DNA of 64,000 bases from Candidatus Lindowbacteria bacterium RIFCSPLOWO2_12_FULL_62_27 (GTDB taxonomy: Bacteria; Lindowbacteria; 2-12-FULL-62-27). Positions 59,390 to 64,000 of this stretch are shown here, in pieces. The stretch covers positions 186,001 through 250,000 of the forward strand of contig MFPR01000001.1 in NCBI GenBank assembly GCA_001784175.1, read 5' to 3'. The notes below the pieces were generated by a model that was given only the letters and a program-made list of their open reading frames with translations, ran no database searches and was not told the origin of the DNA. The translations under genes were made by a program, and so were the position numbers. Numbering within the stretch: position 1 is the stretch's first letter; each line of letters opens with the position of its first letter.

Positions 59390-61360
59390 TCATTCGTACC
59401 GCAGCGCGTCGATCGGCTTGAGGGACGCCGCTTTTCTCGCGGGCCACAGGCCGAAGAGGACGCCGACGGCGACGGAGAATCCGAAGGCGAGGGCCACGGC
59501 CGACGGGGCAACGGCGGCGGTCCAGCCGGCCCAGTGGGATAGGCCGAGCGTGATGAGCCAGCCAAGCACAATACCGGAACAGCCGCCGACGATGCTGACC
59601 GCGACCGCTTCGATGAGGAATTGCCACAAAATATCTTTCGGGCGCGCGCCGATGGCCTTCCGGAGGCCGATTTCGCGCGTTCGTTCCGTGACCGAGACCA
59701 GCATGATGTTCATGATGCCGATGCCGCCGACGAGGAGCGAGATGGCGGCGATGGAGGCGAGGAGCGCGGACAACGTGCGGCTGGTTTCGGTAAGCGTTTC
59801 CTGGAACTGGACCAGATTGCGTATCTGGAAACTGTCGTACCGGGCGGGCGGCAGGCGGTGGCGGCGGATGACGGTTTGCCGCACCGATTCCTCCACGCCC
59901 GCCATGTGCTCCGGCCCCTCGACTTCAATGTCGATCTGGTCGACATATTCTTTTCCGAAGAGCCGCTTCATCGCGGTGCCGAGCGGCACCACGACCAGGT
60001 CGTCCTCATCGCGCCAGGTCGTGGCGCCTTTTTCGGGCAGGATCCCGATCACCTGAAAATTCACGCGGTTGATTTTGATCATCTCCCCGATCGGATTGAC
60101 CGGGCCGAAAATTTCCCGGACGATCGTCATGCCGACGACGGCGACCCTCATCCGTGACTGTTCCTCGGCCGACGTGAAGAACCGGCCGACAACCGGCCGG
60201 GACGCGCGCATGTCGGCGTAGTCGGGGAGCGTTCCCGACACCGTCGTATTCCAGTTCGCGGCGCCGTACACAAGCTGGCCCCGGCCGGACGCGGTCGGCG
60301 ACACCCGGCGGACGCGCGCAAGTGTGCGGACGGCCTCCGCGTCCTCCAGCGTGAAACGGGTCACCGTGCCGGCCTCGAGCATCACGCCATGCGTGCGGAG
60401 CGACCCGGGCCGAAGGACGAGGAGGTTCGACCCCATCGAGGCCAGACGCTCTTCGATCGATTTCTTCGCGCCGTGCCCCAGCGCCAGCATGGCGATCACC
60501 GCCGCGACGCCAATCAGAATGCCCAGAACCGAAAGACCCGTTCGGACCTTGTTGGCCGACAGCGCGCGCACGGCCTGCCGCAGGTACTCGCGGGCGTCGC
60601 GCCAAAAAAGTTTCCATCGACTGCCGGCCACCGCCGGCGGCTCGGCCGCCTCGGCCGGGATGGGCGCAACGGATGCCCGGGCGCCGGGATGCGCCGCGTC
60701 GTCCACGATCCGGCCGTCGCGCATGCGGATGATCCGCCGGGCCTGTTTCGCCACGTCCTCTTCGTGCGTTACCAGAACCACTGTGATGCCGCGGTCATTC
60801 AATTTCCGGAAGATGTCCAAGATTTCGACCTGGCTCCGGGAATCCAGGTTGCCAGTCGGCTCATCCGCGAGAATCATGCGCGGGCGGTTCATCAACGCCC
60901 GCGCGATCGCCACCCGCTGCTGCTGCCCGCCGGACATCTGGTTGGGCATGTGACCCGACCGCTCGGCAAGCCCGACATCGGCGAGCAATTCGCGCGGGCG
61001 GGAGGCAGGATCGACGCCGTTGGCGCAATAGATCAGCGGGAGAGCCGCGTTTTCGAGGGCGCTCATTCTCGGCAGGAGATTGAATTGCTGAAACACGAAT
61101 CCAAGCCAGCGCGACCGCAGCGTGGCCAGGTCCTGCTCCGCGAGCCGCGAAACCCGGCGGCCCATGAGTTCATACACGCCGTCGTCCGGCGTATCGAGAA
61201 GCCCCAGCACATGCAGAAGCGTTGACTTGCCGGACCCCGACGGCCCCATGATGGCCACCCACTCGCCCGGCTCGATCGCCAGGCTGACCCCGTCCAGCGC
61301 GCGGACGACCGTGTCGCCCATGACATAGGATTTGCGGAGATCAACGCAGCGGACGATCAT
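59390..61360 (-). CDS. macB: MacB family ABC transporter (ATPase-permease fusion)
   Basis: GPSGSGKST, MSGGQQQRVA, ADEPTGNLD, GGIGIMNIMLVSVTERTREIG. Confidence 0.95.
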   Translation of the reverse strand: MIVRCVDLRKSYVMGDTVVRALDGVSLAIEPGEWVAIMGPSGSGKSTLLHVLGLLDTPDDGVYELMGRRVSRLAEQDLATLRSRWLGFVFQQFNLLPRMSALENAALPLIYCANGVDPASRPRELLADVGLAERSGHMPNQMSGGQQQRVAIARALMNRPRMILADEPTGNLDSRSQVEILDIFRKLNDRGITVVLVTHEEDVAKQARRIIRMRDGRIVDDAAHPGARASVAPIPAEAAEPPAVAGSRWKLFWRDAREYLRQAVRALSANKVRTGLSVLGILIGVAAVIAMLALGHGAKKSIEERLASMGSNLLVLRPGSLRTHGVMLEAGTVTRFTLEDAEAVRTLARVRRVSPTASGRGQLVYGAANWNTTVSGTLPDYADMRASRPVVGRFFTSAEEQSRMRVAVVGMTIVREIFGPVNPIGEMIKINRVNFQVIGILPEKGATTWRDEDDLVVVPLGTAMKRLFGKEYVDQIDIEVEGPEHMAGVEESVRQTVIRRHRLPPARYDSFQIRNLVQFQETLTETSRTLSALLASIAAISLLVGGIGIMNIMLVSVTERTREIGLRKAIGARPKDILWQFLIEAVAVSIVGGCSGIVLGWLITLGLSHWAGWTAAVAPSAVALAFGFSVAVGVLFGLWPARKAASLKPIDALRYE

Positions 61361-61382
61361 TCTGCTTCGCGGTCCCAAAGCC

Positions 61383-61434
61383 AAAGTGATATCATGATAT
61401 CATGATAGCTATCATGATATCATGATATCACTTT
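61383..61434. repeat. AT-rich TGATATCA-unit palindromic element, copy 2
   Basis: Perfect 52-bp palindrome AAAGTGATATCATGATATCATGATAG|CTATCATGATATCATGATATCACTTT. Confidence 0.95.
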
Positions 61435-62401
61435 ACTCCCGGCGGGAACTGCGGCGCTGGCCGAAGGGCGAGAACGGATTGGTCGGCGCCTGCGATGCGC
61501 GGTCCGGCAGGCGGGACCGTGCGACCAGGATTTCCTGGCCCTCCGCCAGACCCGAAACGATCTCGGTGCGCTTGCCGTCCGTCAATCCCGTGCTCACCGG
61601 CCGGCGGTCCGGGTCTCGGCCGCCCGGGGCCGGCAAAAGCACCCAGCGGTCGCCGTCGCGGTCGCGCACCGATTCGGCCGGCACGAGGAGGACGCCCGAT
61701 TTTGCCGCGACCTTGAACGTGACGTTGGCCGTCATGCCGCTGCGCATGAAGGGCGGGACGTCGCCGGGCAGGACGTCGACGGCGTAGACGGTGACGTTGT
61801 TGACCGTTTGGGCCTCGTACGCGATGTGATCGACCACGGCGGCGATGGAATGTTGGGGATAGGCGTCGAGGACGACCGATGCGGCCTGCCCGACCTGAAC
61901 GGCGCCGATGTCCGTTTCATCCACCTGCGCCTTGACGATCAGCCGGTCCGATAGAACCACGACGGGATCGGCCGACGTGACCGACTGGCCGGGTTCGACG
62001 CTGCGCGCGATGACGGCGCCGTCGATGGGCGAAACCAGCGGCGCCGGCTTGTACAGCTCGCTCCAGCGCGCGACCTCCTCCGGGCCCTTCATGCGGGCCG
62101 CGTCGAGCAGGGCGGCGCGCTCGGTCGAACTCATCCACGCGACGATCTGGCCCCTTCGGACGGACGCGCCCTCGCGCACGAGGATGTCCTCGATCCGGCC
62201 GCCGATCGGCGGTTTGACCTCCACCCGGTTCTGCGGCTCCACCCCGCCCGTCGTCAGCACGACCGTTTCGATGTCCCCGCGCCGCACGCGCACCGTGTCC
62301 CATTCGATTCCATCGGCCCGACGCCCGCCGCCGCGCCACCAGCCCCAGGCGCCGATGGCCAGCGCCACCACGACCAGCGCGATCATCCATTTGACCCTCA
62401 C
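61433..62401 (-). CDS. macA: MacA-like periplasmic adaptor subunit
   Basis: N-terminal TM, biotinyl-like halves (GGRIEDILVREG, SPIDGAV), VDETDI; GTGA overlap with tolC. Confidence 0.88.
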   Translation of the reverse strand: MRVKWMIALVVVALAIGAWGWWRGGGRRADGIEWDTVRVRRGDIETVVLTTGGVEPQNRVEVKPPIGGRIEDILVREGASVRRGQIVAWMSSTERAALLDAARMKGPEEVARWSELYKPAPLVSPIDGAVIARSVEPGQSVTSADPVVVLSDRLIVKAQVDETDIGAVQVGQAASVVLDAYPQHSIAAVVDHIAYEAQTVNNVTVYAVDVLPGDVPPFMRSGMTANVTFKVAAKSGVLLVPAESVRDRDGDRWVLLPAPGGRDPDRRPVSTGLTDGKRTEIVSGLAEGQEILVARSRLPDRASQAPTNPFSPFGQRRSSRRE

Positions 62402-63648
62402 GGCTCCAGCTCCTTTCCTGTCGCGTTCAGCCACTCGGCCTCGGCTAGGACGGCGTCCCGGCGGGCCGCGAGCGCGGCCCGTTCCTGTGAAATGAGATCA
62501 TTTTCGATGATATCCCAATCCTGATACGTGAGCAAACCGCTCGCATACTGCGCCTGCGCGATTTCGGCCCGGACCCGCGCGGCTTCCAGAAACTCCTCGC
62601 GAACGGCGACGAACTCCGCCGCGTCGACGAAGCCGGCGTGCCGGTCCCGCAGATCCAGCGACGCGAAGTTCCGCGCCGACTCCTCCACAAACGCGAGCCG
62701 CTCCGCATCCGCGCGCGCCGACTCGACGTCGCGCCATTCCTTGCCGCCGGAAAAGAGCGGGAGCGACAGCGCCAGGCCGCCGGACCAGTCACCCGTGGTT
62801 CGTCGCGGCGGCCAGCGGCCGTCCGAGCGTTTGGCGGACCCGGACAGCGACAGGGTCGGATAGAAATTCCGGCGCTCGATGGTGACGCCCAGTTCCCCGG
62901 CCCGCCGGTCCGCAACTGATTTTCGCACGGCGGGCGTACGATCGGCGAGCGCCGCAAAGTCCGGTTCCTCCGGCGGCACGCCGGCTTCAAGCCCGCCCAC
63001 CGCGCGAACCTCGCCGTCGTCCCGCCCGCCCAGCGCGCGGCGCAGTTCCTGCTGCGCGACCCGCACGGCGCGCCGCGCCTGCCGGACATCGAAATCGGCC
63101 TCGTGGGCCTGAGCCTTTGCGCGCAAAAATGACCCCTTATGCTCGCGGCCGGCGTCAAACCTCGCGCGGACCAGATCGACGTTCTGCTTGCGGCGGTCCG
63201 CGATTTTTTCCGCCAGCGTCAAAAATTCCTGCGCGTGCAAAAGGCGGGCGAAGGCCGACCGAAGATCGATCTGCACATCGGCCGACGTTGACGCGAGGTC
63301 CGCCCGCGCCGCGTCGAGCGCGGCCTTCGCCTTCGCTACTTCCGGCTGGTCGGTCAGGCCGGGGAACAGGCGCTGGCTGGCGGAAAGGCTGTAGGCATAC
63401 TGATCGCCGGAGGCGGACGAATGAGACCGCGAGTAATCGACGCCTCCATCCAGATCCGGCCAGTACTCGGCCCGCCCGGACCCGACCGCCGCCGCGGCCG
63501 ATCGAACCGACGCTTCGGCCGCCCGAAGGTCCGGATGCCGCGCGCGGGCTTCGCGCGCGCATTGCTCCCAACTCACATCGCCGGCCCAAGCCACCATCGC
63601 CCCGAATGCGACGGCAGCGCCGACCGCAAACGTCCTTGCGATCTTCAT
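62398..63648 (-). CDS. TolC family outer-membrane efflux protein
   Basis: Signal peptide, two helical OEP repeats (YWPDL, FYPTL, LPLFSG). Confidence 0.9.
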   Translation of the reverse strand: MKIARTFAVGAAVAFGAMVAWAGDVSWEQCAREARARHPDLRAAEASVRSAAAAVGSGRAEYWPDLDGGVDYSRSHSSASGDQYAYSLSASQRLFPGLTDQPEVAKAKAALDAARADLASTSADVQIDLRSAFARLLHAQEFLTLAEKIADRRKQNVDLVRARFDAGREHKGSFLRAKAQAHEADFDVRQARRAVRVAQQELRRALGGRDDGEVRAVGGLEAGVPPEEPDFAALADRTPAVRKSVADRRAGELGVTIERRNFYPTLSLSGSAKRSDGRWPPRRTTGDWSGGLALSLPLFSGGKEWRDVESARADAERLAFVEESARNFASLDLRDRHAGFVDAAEFVAVREEFLEAARVRAEIAQAQYASGLLTYQDWDIIENDLISQERAALAARRDAVLAEAEWLNATGKELEP

Positions 63649-63716
63649 CGACAATGGTAATATCACAAACTTTCAAATCTGGCGATTCAAAACCGCCCAA
63701 AGGGGAGACGCATCCT

Positions 63717-64000
63717 ATGAATACCATCTTGCTCTTGGTTTTCTCAAATGTGTTCATGACCATCGCATGGTACGGGCACCTGAAATACAAATCGCACGCG
63801 CTCGGGGCCGTGATCCTGATCAGTTGGCTGATCGCGCTGCCTGAGTACATGCTCCAGGTGCCCGCGAACCGGTTCGGCCACGGGGCGTTCACGGCGCCTC
63901 AGTTGAAGATCATCCAGGAGATCATCTCGATTTCGGTGTTTGTTCTCTTCTGCATGACGTACCTCAGGGAACCGATCCGGTGGAACTACGTGGTCTCGTT
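63717..64000 (+). CDS. DMT family protein (DUF486-type), partial
   Basis: Own translation: MNTILLLVFSNVFMTIAWYGHLK...SWLIALPEYMLQVPANRFG...QLKIIQEII; runs off the window. Confidence 0.9.
   Translation, partial: MNTILLLVFSNVFMTIAWYGHLKYKSHALGAVILISWLIALPEYMLQVPANRFGHGAFTAPQLKIIQEIISISVFVLFCMTYLREPIRWNYVVS

Overview
High-GC bacterial chromosome segment, densely coding and mostly housekeeping. It carries a partial FHA-GAF adenylate cyclase, two type II toxin-antitoxin pairs, mfd-gshA, a gmhA-ubiD-dprA-smg-topA-trmFO-xerC operon, nth, an MFS transporter, glgC, a 2-oxoacid:ferredoxin oxidoreductase flanked by two CBS proteins, tgt and queA, HU, groES-groEL with a perfect CIRCE, maf-fliS, rfbB, trmI, ligA, an M23 peptidase, a type IV pilus motor operon (HD-GYP, two pilB, pilT, pilC, sensor kinase, sigma54 regulator), NlpC/P60, dsbD, tRNA-Gln(CTG) and a tolC-macA-macB pump. 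I see no CRISPR array, prophage or IS. Most unusual: (1) an AT-rich palindromic element built of TGATATCA units, present twice 54 kb apart, each abutting a stop codon inside an operon; (2) a truncated MotA-like domain fused to FliL with no MotB nearby; (3) tgt, queA and the M23 gene appear to need CTG start codons; (4) a 35-bp hairpin repeat found once between genes and once in frame inside a protein; (5) many promoters placed 6-8 nt before the start codon, suggesting leaderless mRNAs. Family assignments come from motif recognition by eye, not database searches.
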